NCBI RefSeq assembly: GCF_006345805.1 | Contig: NC_042997.1 | Location: 18,042,001 to 18,106,000 of the forward strand | Direction of reading: 5' to 3' | DNA length: 64,000 nucleotides | Source of the DNA: Octopus sinensis | Lineage: Eukaryota | Shown here: in pieces, positions 13,492 through 26,394 of the stretch | Numbering within the stretch: the stretch's first letter is position 1 | Layout of the letters: every line of letters starts with the position of its first letter | Notes under the pieces: generated by a model | What the model was told of the DNA's origin: nothing | The model's database searches: none | What the model saw: only the letters and a program-made list of their open reading frames with translations | Made by a program: the position numbers and the translations under genes

Positions 13492-13818
13492 TATTTAGAG
13501 AAAGATTTTTTTAAAAGTTAAGATTAAGAAAAACATTATAGAGAGTAGAATGGTACTAATCTCTAGGAAGGAATTTCACAAAATTGTGTGTAGGCTTTAA
13601 TAAATGTGCCAGTGCTTTCAATTCTCAACATTATCAAGCACGTGTTATATACAATAGTCATAACACATGCTTGATAATGTTGAGAACTGAAAGTGCTTGC
13701 ATGTTTATTAAAGCTTACATACAATTTGTGAAATTCCTTCCTAAAGGTTAGTACCATTCTACTCTCTGAAAAGGTTTTTCTTAATCTTAACTTTTTGAAA
13801 AAGATCTTTCTTTAAATA
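13492..13818. repeat. Long fold-back inverted repeat (~157-bp arms, 11-nt loop)
   Basis: 13492-13648 is the imperfect reverse complement of 13660-13818 (e.g. GGAAGGAATTTCACAAA / TTTGTGAAATTCCTTCC; CAACATTATCAAGCA / TGCTTGATAATGTTG). Confidence 0.92.
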
Positions 13819-13819
13819 A

Positions 13820-13909
<90 letters not shown>

Positions 13910-13917
13910 ACGCATAT

Positions 13918-13962
<45 letters not shown>

Positions 13963-13995
13963 TGTATGTGTGTGTATTTGTATGTGTATATGTGT
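13820..13995. repeat. (TA)n(TG)n compound microsatellite
   Basis: Directly visible. Confidence 0.95.
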
Positions 13996-14380
13996 ACTTA
14001 GGCATCACATGATTTTACAAAGGCTGCAAAATATAGGTTGAAAATGGACAGTAATACATACATAGAAATATAGGTGTAAGAAATGATGATGTATATCTTT
14101 GTATTTACAAAAGAAAATATTTTGATTGTTTGTTCTAGAAATTAGTATTATTTTCATACATGACATGAAGCAAAGTAACTGGGCAGTTTTGTTTCTCATT
14201 TAGTTTAAACCTATCTTAGTATTTAAGGCAGCTGAAAATTTGAAGAAACAAACAGTTGAATTAGTAATATATGTTGGTATTAACAATGTTATATGATAGA
14301 AAATATAAGAACAGAAAGCTGCTCAAGATTGCTGTACAAGTTTCTAATCAGAATGTCACCTGGTGGCAATTATGGAATAG

Positions 14381-14786
14381 CTCTTTTACTCTTTTACTTG
14401 TTTCAGTCATTTGATTGTGGCCATGCTGGAGCATCGGCTTTATCAAGCAAATCGACCCCAGGACTCATTCTTTGTAAGCCTAGTACTTATTATATCGGTT
14501 CCTTTTGCCGAACCACTAAGTTATGGGGTGCAAACACACCACCATCGGTTGTCAAGCGATGTTGGGGAAATAAACACAGACAAGACACACAAACACACAC
14601 ATATATATATATATACATATATACGATGGGCTTCTTTCAGTTTCCATTTACCAAATCCACTCACAAGGCTTTGGTCAGCCTGAGGCTACAGTAGAAGACA
14701 CTTGTGCAAGGTGCCATGCAGTGGGAATGAACCCAGAACCATGTGGTTAGTAAGCAAGCTACTTACCATACAGCCACTCCTGTACC
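14381..14786 (-). mobile_element. tRNA-derived SINE family A, full length
   Basis: Minus head GGTACAGGAGTGGCTGTATGGTAAGTAGCTTGC..TGGTTCTGGGTTCATTCCC, internal (TA/TG)n, tail AAGTAAAAGAGTAAAAGAG. Confidence 0.85.
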
Positions 14787-14809
14787 TAGCTGCACAAAAA
14801 GTGAGATGA

Positions 14810-14985
14810 TATATATGTCCACTGTGCTGAGTGGCTGGTGTTACGAAGGGCATCCAACAGTAAAAATCCTTCCAAAACAGTCACAGAAGTCTGGTGCAGG
14901 CTTCTGCCTGGCTGGCTTTTCTGAAACCATTTCACCCATGCTAGCATGGAAGGTGGACGTTAAACGATGATGATGATGATGATGT
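14810..14985 (+). mobile_element. (GAT)n-tailed RTE-type 3'-end fragment
   Basis: GAAGGGCATCCAAC..CCCATGCTAGCATGGAAGGTGGACGTTAAAC(GAT)n. Confidence 0.8.
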
Positions 14986-15204
14986 ATGTATATATGCATG
15001 TATGTGTGTATCTGTCTGTTTATCTACGCTCATCAGGTGAATTACAGTAGGATTGCTCACCTTAAATAATCTTAGGTGCTCCTTACAACTCACTCTGTTT
15101 AGTCAGAACCTGGATTGTAACTGAGTGCTTGTACAATATCTGCTTGGGTAATCTATCCCTATCTGCTCATTATTATCATCATCAATACACACACACACAC
15201 ACAC

Positions 15205-15253
<49 letters not shown>

Positions 15254-15264
15254 TATATAGGAAA

Positions 15265-15410
15265 GGCATTGTGGCGTTAGGAAGGGCATCCAGCTGTAGA
15301 AACTCTGTCAGATCAGATTGGAGCCTGGCGGGCGCAGCCATCTGGTTCAGTCAAATTGTCCAACCCATGCTAGCATGGAAAGCGGATGTTAAATGATGGT
15401 GATGATGATA
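15265..15410 (+). mobile_element. (GAT)n-tailed RTE-type 3'-end fragment
   Basis: GGCGTTAGGAAGGGCATCCAGCTGTAGAAAC..CCAACCCATGCTAGCATGG..GATGAT. Confidence 0.8.
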
Positions 15411-16494
15411 TATATATATATACATGCGCATACACATACATGCACATACATTATATATTATATATACAAACATGGCAGCTGTCTGCACAATACAAAGCTT
15501 GACCATCCCATTCTACATGATGTTCAGTTCTCACATGAAATCTAATGTGATTTTTGGACCACATTAATCCTTGGCATTGAATTTGAAAAGCGACACCCAA
15601 ATAGCACAAACCTCCTCCTTTCTCCAGCAATGAAAGCTTACTGTGTGTAAAAGTTCTACTATTTTCTCAAATCTATGATTGAGTGCCTCAATTAGTACCA
15701 TCTAGGTCAGATTATTTATTGTTATTTGATTTTTATACAATAGAAGCCATGTCATTTCTGACTGGTTTTGATGCCATGTCATCGACAAGAGGGTAATTTT
15801 CCATTAATTCAATATTTGTGTTAACCTAGAGGGCCTGTTAAAGAGCTTTGAGAAGTATTCTATATAACGTTTTTAGATGGAAACAATATTAGTCAAGATT
15901 GGCTGACTGTCTGCAGTTCTTACAGGTGCTGCTGAAGAAGATTCTTTAATACGAGAGAAAAATGTTTTAGTACCCTTGCAATCCATTGACTGTTATTCTC
16001 CTTCTTCAGTTGTCCCTGTTTCGTCTACTCTGCGTTTCGAAGGTAAGGGCAAGACGCGACTTTATTGAAACAGTCATTTCCGCAAAGCAAATTAAATAAA
16101 ATTTGGGATTTTTTGCGGAGGGTAACAAGAACAGGACAGTAAGAACAAAACAAGACAGTAAAAACAATAAAAGTAAAAACAGTAAAAGACAGATCAAAGA
16201 GAATAACACAGTAAAAACAAACGATGAGTGTTGTTAAGCCAAGACGATGGAAAATTTTTATTTAATTTGCTTTACGGGAACGAAGCAGGGACAACTGAAG
16301 AAGGGGAATATTCCTTGTGTTGTATGTCTTGTACTCTGTTTTTTCGTTGTTTGAAAAAAAGTTCGTTTCCATGTTTTTGTTTTTATATTTTCGTTTTTCA
16401 TTGTGTTCAACGTTTTTTTTTAATGTCCTGTACCCATATATGCATGTATATATACATATAGATTAGGTATGTATATATATATATATATATATAA

Positions 16495-17502
16495 ATACTA
16501 AGCATAAAGGGTTTAGCAACGAATGCTTACCACATACCGAATTTAGAATAGCAGTCAAAGAGTTATAGCTATTTCTTCTACTAAAAAGGGAGATCTCAGT
16601 AAAAACAGCAATTGGAAGGCGACACAAACAGGTAAGAGAGAATGAATTGACGGCATCTATCATACAATTTTAAGTTATTACGGACGTACGTTTCGAAATC
16701 AGTTTTAAGGAAGCATAAGAATTAAATATTAAATAATTCTACCTTACCAAAACTTCTTTCTCTCAGCGTAGAATACTATAATCATAAATGATTATATATT
16801 GAATTTTGAGATACTAGAAGGCACCACTCAACTCAGTATCAGAGCGAGCTAGAATCCGCAACTAGTATCACTAAATTCAAAGTGTGAGTGAAAAGATTTG
16901 TCCCAGCCCCTTCCCACCCGCGTGTAGCCAAAACAAGATGCTGTGGTCATCTACTGAGATAAAATATGGTTATCCGTATAATAAGGTGAAATAATTAATT
17001 TGAATAATTATCAATTATCATTACACCAAGTAGTCTTCGGCATGTAAAAGCCTCATTCGAGGAAAATTTAAGTAATACTAAGCAATAAGGGTTTAGCAAC
17101 GAATTGCCTTACCACATACCGAATTTAGAAATAGCAGTCAAAGAGTTATAGCTATTTCTTCTACTAAAAAGGGAGACTCAGTAAAAACAGCAATTGGAAG
17201 GCAGACCAAACAGGTAAGAGAGAATGAATTGACGGCAATCTATCATACAATTTTAAGTTATCTACGGACGTACGTTTCGAAATCAAGTTTTTAGGAAGCA
17301 TAAGAATTAAATATTAATATTCACCTTACCAAAACTTCTTTTCTCTTCAGCGTAGAATACTATAATCATAAATGATTATATATTGAATTTTGAGATACTA
17401 GAAGGCACCAACTCACTCAGTATCAGAGCGAGCTAGAATCCGCAACTAGTATCACTAAATTCAAAGTGTGAGTGAAAAGATTGTGTCACCAGCCCCTTCC
17501 CA
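16495..17502. repeat. Partial tandem duplication (~425-bp direct repeats, period ~580-585 bp), probably a Penelope-like pLTR structure
   Basis: ATACTAAGCA...CCAGCCCCTTCCCA occurs at 16495-16917 and 17075-17502; the copies differ mainly by 1-2-bp indels. Confidence 0.8.
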
Positions 17503-17762
17503 CTCTTTATATATATAAATATATATATATATGTATGTATATATGCATATATTTATATATTATTTATATTATTGTATATTCACACCTACACACACGAAAA
17601 TTTACGGCAAAACAACATTATCAAGATAATCTAAATTGGTGAAATTTTAACTGGGCATCCGAAAAAGTTTTAGCTGTTAAAAAACGCTAACAAAAAGAAA
17701 CGTCAAGCCAAATTTAACTTTAGACATTCATTCAACCAAGGACAACGTCATTGAATAACTAA

Positions 17763-18131
17763 TCTTTATATATAAAAGTAAGATTCCTAACTACTCCCAC
17801 ATTTTGCGGTGCAGTTTAACCAAAACCGGGTATCTTATAGTCGTGATTCATATCGAGCCCTTCTGGGTATTAGCGCGCGTCTACGATGAGTCTACGATTT
17901 TAAAAATAATTTACCATAATTCTTTCCCATTTTAATGCACTTTTTTCGCTATTATATAAGGGAAGTAACTCTCTAAAAATGTCTACGATGAGTCAACGAT
18001 TTAAAAAAAAATTACCATAATTTTTTTTCCATTTTTAATGGATTTTTGCTATTTTTTGGCTATAACTCTCTAAAAATGCTTATATAGTTATTTCCCTTAC
18101 AAACCCGAGCAACGCCGGGCGATACTGCTAG
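17763..18131 (+). mobile_element. Non-autonomous Helitron, copy 2 (369 bp, short 5' internal deletion)
   Basis: A|TCTTTATATATAAAAG ... CCCGAGCAACGCCGGGCGATACTGCTAG|T. Confidence 0.88.
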
Positions 18132-18427
18132 TTTAGTTTATAAAAATAGAGTATAAAAAAGACCACACTAATTCCATATTTTTCGACAATTTGAAATCTA
18201 CATAAGAAGATAAAAAGAAACTAACGTAGAAAACGAGTATATTTATCTAAAATTTATGATGTCTCTGGATATCTAAAGAACAAAAACTACAGACAATAAT
18301 TCTACGTAATACTTAAAAGAAACTTATATACTTAACGTCTCAAATAATTAATTACCTATTTATTTAATATCATAAACCTTTATATGGGGATTAGCCTTAT
18401 TTTATAATAATACACACACACATACGC

Positions 18428-18671
18428 ACAAATAAATTAGAGTACCGGAATACCACTTGCTAGAAATAGGAGTTAACACTCCAAAGCCACAAATTTCTCA
18501 CCATCAAGAAACACGAGTAGCGAATGTAACGAATATAATAAAAATAGGCCTTACCTTGTATAAACCACAAAGCAAGAACCTTGCGTGTTTCTTCATAGTG
18601 AGAATTTTGTGGCTTTGGAGTGTTAACTCCTATTTCTAGCAAGTGGTATTCTGGTACCCCAATTTATTTGT
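18428..18671. mobile_element. Fold-back MITE-like element (~90-bp TIRs)
   Basis: ACAAATAAATT..GTACCGGAATACCACTTGCTAGAAATAGGAGTTAACACTCCAAAGCCACAAA..GAAACACG is mirrored by its reverse complement at ~18583-18671. Confidence 0.75.
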
Positions 18672-20903
18672 ATATTTTACTTGTATAGGTTAGAATTGCT
18701 GGCCACGTTATTATTAATGTTTTTTTTTTATAATGGCAATAATACTTTATTAAATATTATATCATATTATATTATATTATATTATATTATATTATATATA
18801 TACACGACGGACATCTTTCAGTTTCCATCAACCAAATTCACTCTGAACGCTTTGATCGACCCGAGGCTATAGTAGAATCTACTTACCCAAGGTATATTAG
18901 GTATATTATGATTGTACGTGTGTATGTGTAGATACATACATATACATAGAGATAGATGTCTTCATATATAGATATATATTCTCGTAAAACTTGGTATGCT
19001 AAGAGAGGACAGTTTCTATTAGGAGAAACTTTTAGTTGGACACTCACATTTATATCTTTATTCTTGTATTTTAGTTCTTAATGTTGGCACCAAGGTAGTA
19101 CATTATTTGCGTAGTTTTGAAATTATTTCAGAAAATAATCAAGGATCATGAACTACTTATTATACACCTGGTAATTATATTTGTCTGACCTCCTCAGAGA
19201 CTATACTGTACTCCAGTATCCAGCCTTTTCACATGACTTTTAACATGTGCAGTGTATCACAGGAGGACATACGGCTCCTGGTTAGTGAGCCCCCTCGCAA
19301 GGGTTATAATTTTAATTCATAAAATTTCTTGGCTACATCATGCATGCTAGGAAATACTTTGATTAATCATCCAATGTAGCAGATTTGAATTAAGTTGTAA
19401 ATATATTTTGACAAAAGAATGACACTTAAGAGCAGTGATTAGTTTCTATACCTATGTGACCATATGTTCAAGCAGTAATCTTGGAGAACCAGGTTAATTG
19501 ATACAAAAATCAAAAACCAGTAAACAATATATTAAGGAAAGCCAGATTTATTTGATATTTAACAGTGATGTTCACGGATTTTGATAAGCTCATATACAGC
19601 AAAAAGAAGAGAATTCTGTCGTTCCAGGTGAAAATAAGACTTTTTGTCAGACGAAGAGACAATCTTGAAACAAGGAATTCCAATTCTTTTCACGGAATAC
19701 ATGACTTACATTATAAATTCTTTGCTAACATATACCAGTTCAATCGAAGTCTTGATATTTAACATATAACTTTAATTAGCTCTTGGTGCTTGAATTTCAG
19801 TGTAGAAACTTCGAACCTAAGATGCTAAATCTTTCTTCATTTGAGAAATTCGGAAAACAAAGTAACATAAAGTTAGAGGTCACCAGAATTATGGAGTTGT
19901 AATGAACTCCAGTAAACTTCGGATACTAATCTAATTGGGAAATTCATAGTTTCCAATTTCTTCTCCTGTAGAAATTCCAGACAGTCCCCTACAAATTAGA
20001 TCATTGAGAGAGTGGACACTCACTGATCTAATTTAGTCGATGTTATCAGCACAGGTCCAACAATCAAGATTATTTAGATAAAGAACAAAAAGAAGTTGAA
20101 CATAGAAACATTACTTCCTCTCGTATCACAGAAGAAGCGTATTTTTCTTGTCATTCAACCACCAGAACATAGTGTTACAGTATTCTCTCTCTCTCTCTCT
20201 ATCTATCTATCATATAAATATATAGATAGAGATATAGTTTACATATATATGTCTATTATATATACATACATGCATTCTCACTGTCCTTGTTTTCTCTGTG
20301 TTATATATATACACTTAAATTTTTGTGGAAAACTATATATATATATATACTTATATTTTTGTGAAAAACTATTTTTCTACTAATTTATAAAAATAATTAT
20401 GTCATAGAGTAATTATTTACACAGGGGTGAGCACATATAGTTGTAGTAAAGAATTCCTGGATCCTATTTATTCTTGTTATTCCGGCTTGGATTTCATAAT
20501 ATATAAATGTGGCAAATTTTTTTCTTTGCTTAGACTATAGAAAAAATATTTTGATATATGTTATAGATATTTAGACAATAGCTGTCAATCAATTATTATA
20601 CTCTTGTCTGATATCGTGGTTTTAACATTTTTTTCAAAATATTGAAAGTTCATTCATAGCTGTAGAAAACTTTTCTGTAGAATTTCTTCACCTTCTTAGC
20701 TATTTTCTTTCTAGCGATGATATTTATTTATTTTTTGTTTATTACTTCCATTTTATCTATGTTTTTATTGAGAACTGTTTCTTTGTTGTTTTCACTTTGA
20801 CCTAAATATGATGTGTGGATTTCCAAGTCTTACTTATATTTTACCTCAATTAAGACACAATATTTACTGAAAGCCTTATAACAAGTGGTGCTAATTCAGT
20901 AAT

Positions 20904-20909
<6 letters not shown>

Positions 20910-20960
<51 letters not shown>

Positions 20961-20964
20961 ATAT

Positions 20965-21002
<38 letters not shown>

Positions 21003-21375
21003 GTAAATATAAATATATATATATATTTATATTTATATATATATACATATACATATATATGAATATAAGTATAAATAATATATATATAATATATTATATA
21101 TATATATATATACATACATACATTTATGTATTTATGTAATGCATGAAACCTAAGGTAGTGTCGAAAATCCACAAATAAATATGTATATGTGTGAATGTAT
21201 GTTTATATATATACATGTATGCATATATATATATATACATTTATATCTACCTACCTACCTACCTACCTACATACATACATACGTACATACATACATACAT
21301 ACATACATACATACATACATACATACATACATACATACATACATACATACATACGTACGTACGTACATATATACA
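20910..21375. repeat. Compound (TA)n/(CTAC)n/(TACA)n microsatellites
   Basis: Directly visible. Confidence 0.95.
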
Positions 21376-23084
21376 TAGGTACTGTGTCATTAGTTTAAAA
21401 ATTGAAAGCCCTCAATATAATGTGGGGTATGAAATATATTAGAAAAATTCATTCGGCTTCACTATTCATTATCATATTGATAGTTTTGTAAGCTCTAGTA
21501 ATTGTGCGTCTAAACAGATTTCATTGCTCTTCAGAGGAGTTAGTTCTATTCGACCAGAACGAGGTTGGCTACTACTAGCAGTTAGTAGTGCAGAAGATAT
21601 TACAATTATATGCATAGTGATAGACTGTCTGTCACCACTTGATCGAAAAAGCACACATTTAGAAATGCAGTTTTCTGTATGTATGATACATATACACACT
21701 TATACGGATGTACTTAAGTATGTGCATAGAGAAACATACATACAGATAGACAGTGTAATTATGTATTTATTGTGGATGTGACATTTTTCATAGTTCCATG
21801 TGAGGTGTGAAGGGGATTGGTGAAAGTAATGACAGGTGAAGATATAAAGGAAGAAATAGTGATTGTGTGAAAGTTGTGAGTAAAATAGCAACGAAGAAAT
21901 GAAAATGGAAAAGAGAAAAATGAAAAAAGAATAAAAGAATAGAAAATGTTCGACGGTGGTATTATGTGCTAGTTTGCATGACGCTGTTCTGTTTCTGGCC
22001 TTGTGGTATCGGCAGAGATACGTTGGTGGAATCCCATATCGTTGTATTTATCGAAGTGTCTGCATTTGTTGAAAATTTCAGATCTTGGGTTTAAGTAAGG
22101 TGCATGTATCAAAGAGGATGATGCTCTTGTTAGCCGTGCAAAAGTAACCGTTCCCAGTTTTTAACAGTTTGGACCTTTTATGTATTCTTCGCTTTGCAGT
22201 GAATTTTTTTACTACTTTCTTTAAATTTTCATATGTGATTCGACAGTTTTCTGGCGTTCTTCATTTTAGTATATTTGAAGATAGCAATTTGGTTTGTTAT
22301 ATCGTCGCTTTAATTTGCCTTCTGCCATGTGTAAATTCAATTTTTATTCAGTAGTCAGGGTCAGTTTTGAAGTCAGCTTGGTATACTACTAGTCGTGCGT
22401 AGCAGGACACGTTTAGGGAGCATTATGTGATTATGTGATTGGATCTTTGAAGTTGCATAGAACCTTGATGCTGCTTGTCTGCGTTCTTGTTATGAAGATT
22501 CCAATTCTAGTTTGGAAGGAGTAGTGTCGATTGAAACATTTTCTGTATCTTTGGTTTATGAAGAAGTTTTTATCTATTGACACTAAAATATTTATTCCCA
22601 CTGTCAGCCTTGGTGTTTAGCAAGTTGTAAGCCATATAATTTTACACCGTCTTTTTGTGTTTTTCGTAGTGTGTATATATACGTGTATACATGCATATAC
22701 TGTATACGTATACATGAATCTATTAAATGTACGTGCATATTTGTATATCATAGTCTGTCTTTATGTGCAAGTATGTGTGAGTGCGTGTATCCGCTGCATT
22801 GCTAACAGCTTCGTTCTGGCTGAATAAAAAGTAGTGATACTGAAGAGTGAGAATTATGGTTTTTATAGTACTAAAGCTTCATTTTGTGAATATGGAGCAC
22901 ATATATCTGTACACATATGTATAACGTATGCATGTGTATATAGGTATATATGCATAAGTATATGTGTTACGCAAATAATGAAAACTTGACACCTTCGCTA
23001 CTCTAGTTTATGTAGGCTGAGCCTAACCACTAACAACTTATGTTGTACATCAAGGAAGCATTCACATATTTATTTCATATAATA

Positions 23085-23587
23085 CTAGCAGTATCGCCCG
23101 GCGTTGCTCGGGTTTGTAAGGGAAATAACTATATAACCATTTTTAGAGAGTGATAGCCAACAAATAGCAAAAAATGCTTTAAAAACGGAAAAAAAATTAT
23201 GGTAAATTTTTTTTTAAATCGTTGACTCATCGTAGACATTTTTAGAGAGTTACTTCCCTTATATAATAGCGAAAAAATGCATTAAAAATGGGAAAAAATG
23301 ATGGTAAATTTTTTTTTAAATCGTTGACTCATCGTAGACATTTTTAGAGAGTTACTTCCCTTATATAATAGCGAAAAAATGCATTAAAAATGGGAAAAAA
23401 TGATGGTAAATTTTTTTTTAAATCGTAGACTCATAGTAGACGCGCGCTAATACCCAGAAGGGCTCGATATGAATCACGACTATAAGATACCCGGTTTTGG
23501 TTAAACTGCACCGCAAAATGTGGGAGTAGTTAGGAATCTAAATCGTAGGAGACAGACAGCACACAACCTCACTTTTATATATAAAGA
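23085..23587 (-). mobile_element. Non-autonomous Helitron, copy 3 (503 bp, extra 102-bp internal unit)
   Basis: Same termini as copy 1. The internal ATGGTAAATT anchor lies at 23199, 23301 and 23403 (period 102), which accounts for the 102-bp length excess. Confidence 0.88.
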
Positions 23588-23774
23588 TTTGGTATTAGTC
23601 AACAATTGTTTTGTGTACGCGAGAAAGGTAAACTGTTAGACATTCGTTAGATTCTTATGCTTGAAACAATAGTTTTGTATGAGAAGTGATTTAATTTCTC
23701 GAATTTACTTGCCCTTGTACTGTAATGCCGTTATTTAGACTCTACTTCTTACTGTGTTTGCATTTAGAAACCAA

Positions 23775-24144
23775 CTAGCAGTATCGCCCGGCGTTGCTCG
23801 GGTTTGTAAGGGAAGTAACTATAAAGCATTTTTAGAGAGTTATAGCCAAAAAATGGAAAAAAATTATGGTAAATTTTTTTTTAGTTAAAAAGGTCGAGTT
23901 GCGTCTCCTAGACAGTCTGTGGTTTGTGTTTCTGATTCTCGACCCCATGTCGAATTTATCGATTTTTTTCAGAACTGGGGGAACTTTTCAAAATTTTCGC
24001 TGTGTTAGTTTTGAATTATGACATTGGGCTATGTGTGTGTCAAGTTTCATCAGAATCGGTTGAAAGCCTTGGTCAGGGTGAGGGTACAACCTAACAGACA
24101 CACAGAAAAACACACAGACAAACTGCCTTTTATATATAGAGAGA
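23775..24144 (-). mobile_element. Non-autonomous Helitron, copy 4 (chimeric or second subfamily)
   Basis: Shares the 3' ~105 bp (hairpin + CTAG) with the other copies but has an unrelated 5' ~265 bp starting A|TCTCTCTATATATAAAAGGC. Confidence 0.8.
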
Positions 24145-24695
24145 TTCGTGTATTCGTGTATTTTGTTAACACAGGATATTTTCTCGACAATCCATGCTTC
24201 AAACGTTTAGTCTTTCAGCTGACTGTTTATTGCTTATGTTGTTGATATGAAGATATGCTTAAATAAAATTGTTACATTTCACAGAAGTAATTAGACAGGC
24301 ACTCCTGAATCTTTTCTAACAAACTAGCATTACATAGACTGCTTACCACTATTTGCTGCTATTTCAGCATGGTATCTTCAAACATTCAACTGATAAGAGA
24401 GAGTCGTTGTTTAGAATATTTCAATTTCAGGTTCTTTTAGAGTGTCAATTATTTTCTGCTATAATTTTTTTTTTGTTTTTATATGTATTTTAATAGGTAC
24501 GCAACAGTAGCTAACTTTGAAATTTATTTTGTCGAATTGCTTATAGCACTTGTACAAACATGGAAATGATTCCTGATTCACGCTCAAAATTTCCTCAGGA
24601 CAAGCACAAAACACCATGCTATCTGAACAGAGTAAATAGAAAACAATCTCCCTCTCTCTCTCTTTCTCTCTCTTTCTCTCACTGTATATATATAG

Positions 24696-24745
<50 letters not shown>

Positions 24746-25179
24746 TGATGCATATAAACACACATTATTTGTTTAAAACAAATTCGTCATTGTTTCCGAG
24801 GAATCCCTGTTCCAACGAGGCTTGTTTTAATGTTTCCTAAATTTTAATCGTTGTTGATAAATGAAGCATAAATACACACATTCTGACATGCATATATGTA
24901 TGCATATGCATACCTAGATAATTACGTGCATGTTGATATACACATAAATACTGTACACACATGGATACATGCAAAACGAAAAATACACACGCAAAGCAGT
25001 ACTAAAAAAAAATAAATTTTGATGTAACGAAAATTAACAATATTACATTAGGTTAAATTTTGTGTATCGTGTCAATCATCGTGTCAATCATCCTTACTTT
25101 TTACTAATAATTGCTTGGAAAGCAATGAAACACTCGTGAAAAGAGGACATGTATCCATCTCAATGCGTGCGTTTGCCAT

Positions 25180-25211
<32 letters not shown>

Positions 25212-26394
25212 CTATGTATGATATACTCTAACTTTATGCATTTAGTTCTGAAATTCACCGCTTGGTGAATCAATAGAAACACACATATCCACACAACATA
25301 TGTATGTGTGTGTGTGTCTATGTATATGTAATGAAAAATAACGAACAAAATGGAAATGTATTGAGCAAAAAGAAAGAGAAAAGAGATAATACCGAAGGAA
25401 CAAGTTTTAATATATATATATATATATATATTGCATTAATTTAAGGCTTAAAAGAAGGAAGGGAAATTTTCTTAACCTTTCGGACGTTATTCCTTCATCA
25501 AAAGGAAAGCATAAGTATCGCAACATTAAGAGGAAAAGTGGGTGAGAAGGAAAGAAGAAAATGAGTAAGCGGTTAGAAGTCAGATTGAGATGTAGTTCAA
25601 TGGGAGAGTTAAGATGGAAGGAGGGTAATGTGTGTGTGCAGGTATAGCCATGTAACTTTTTAGAGACGGGCCTAAGGTTGGATTTTTGGGGGCCGGCGGG
25701 AGGGGGGGCGATGTATGTGTGTAGAGGTGTGCAAGTGCAGAATTGTAATGACCTAAGTGTGTGAAAGAGAAAGCGTGGAAAAGAGGAGGTGGGAGAGGGC
25801 GCAAGTGTGAGGCAAAACGTATGGCATGAAGAATACAGAGGGTGTGATCGAAGTGTATGCAAGGGTATGGATGTGAGACGTTGCTTCATGGAAGGAAGGA
25901 AAGGACAAGGAAATGAAATAGAGAGAAAGGGTAGATGTTCAAGAGGAAAAAGAGGTTACAAAAGAATAATAGAAAAATTAGAGAACAAATAATTGCAATA
26001 CAGCAGTTTTATAAAAAATATGTTTTTGCTCTGTGAAAAAAGGATAGATAAGTACATGAAATGGTACAGAAGCTGTAAACGGAAGGAGAAAAGGAAAAGA
26101 ATAAAATGAAAAGTGACCAAGAAGATCGCCTAAGTGAGAAAAGATGCGAGTTCACAGAGACGAGAGAAGCGAGAGAAAGGTGACAAAAATATTAGAGAAA
26201 AATTAATTACAATACAACAGTGATTGCAATAAACAATTTTCTTAAACTTCCGTGAGGGGAGAAATACAGAAAATAGTCTAGGGAGGTTATGCAACTGGTG
26301 CAAAATCTGGTGAGGAAGGAACGAATGGAAAAAGTAGCGCTCAAAATAACAGTAGTAGTCATATGTACATTTTCTGCGTTGCTTCCGCTTTCAG

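Noticed and set aside
15926-16042. Possible 117-nt phase-1 coding exon (CAG|G..AAG|GTAAGG; AAEEDSLIREKNVLVPLQSIDC..)
   Set aside because: No recognisable protein similarity and no partner exons, and its 3' half is one arm of a repeat-derived inverted repeat. It cannot be excluded without RNA-seq.
19100-20100. Possible decayed PLE or transposase coding remnant
   Set aside because: Only vague motif resemblance; no diagnostic motif could be read with confidence.
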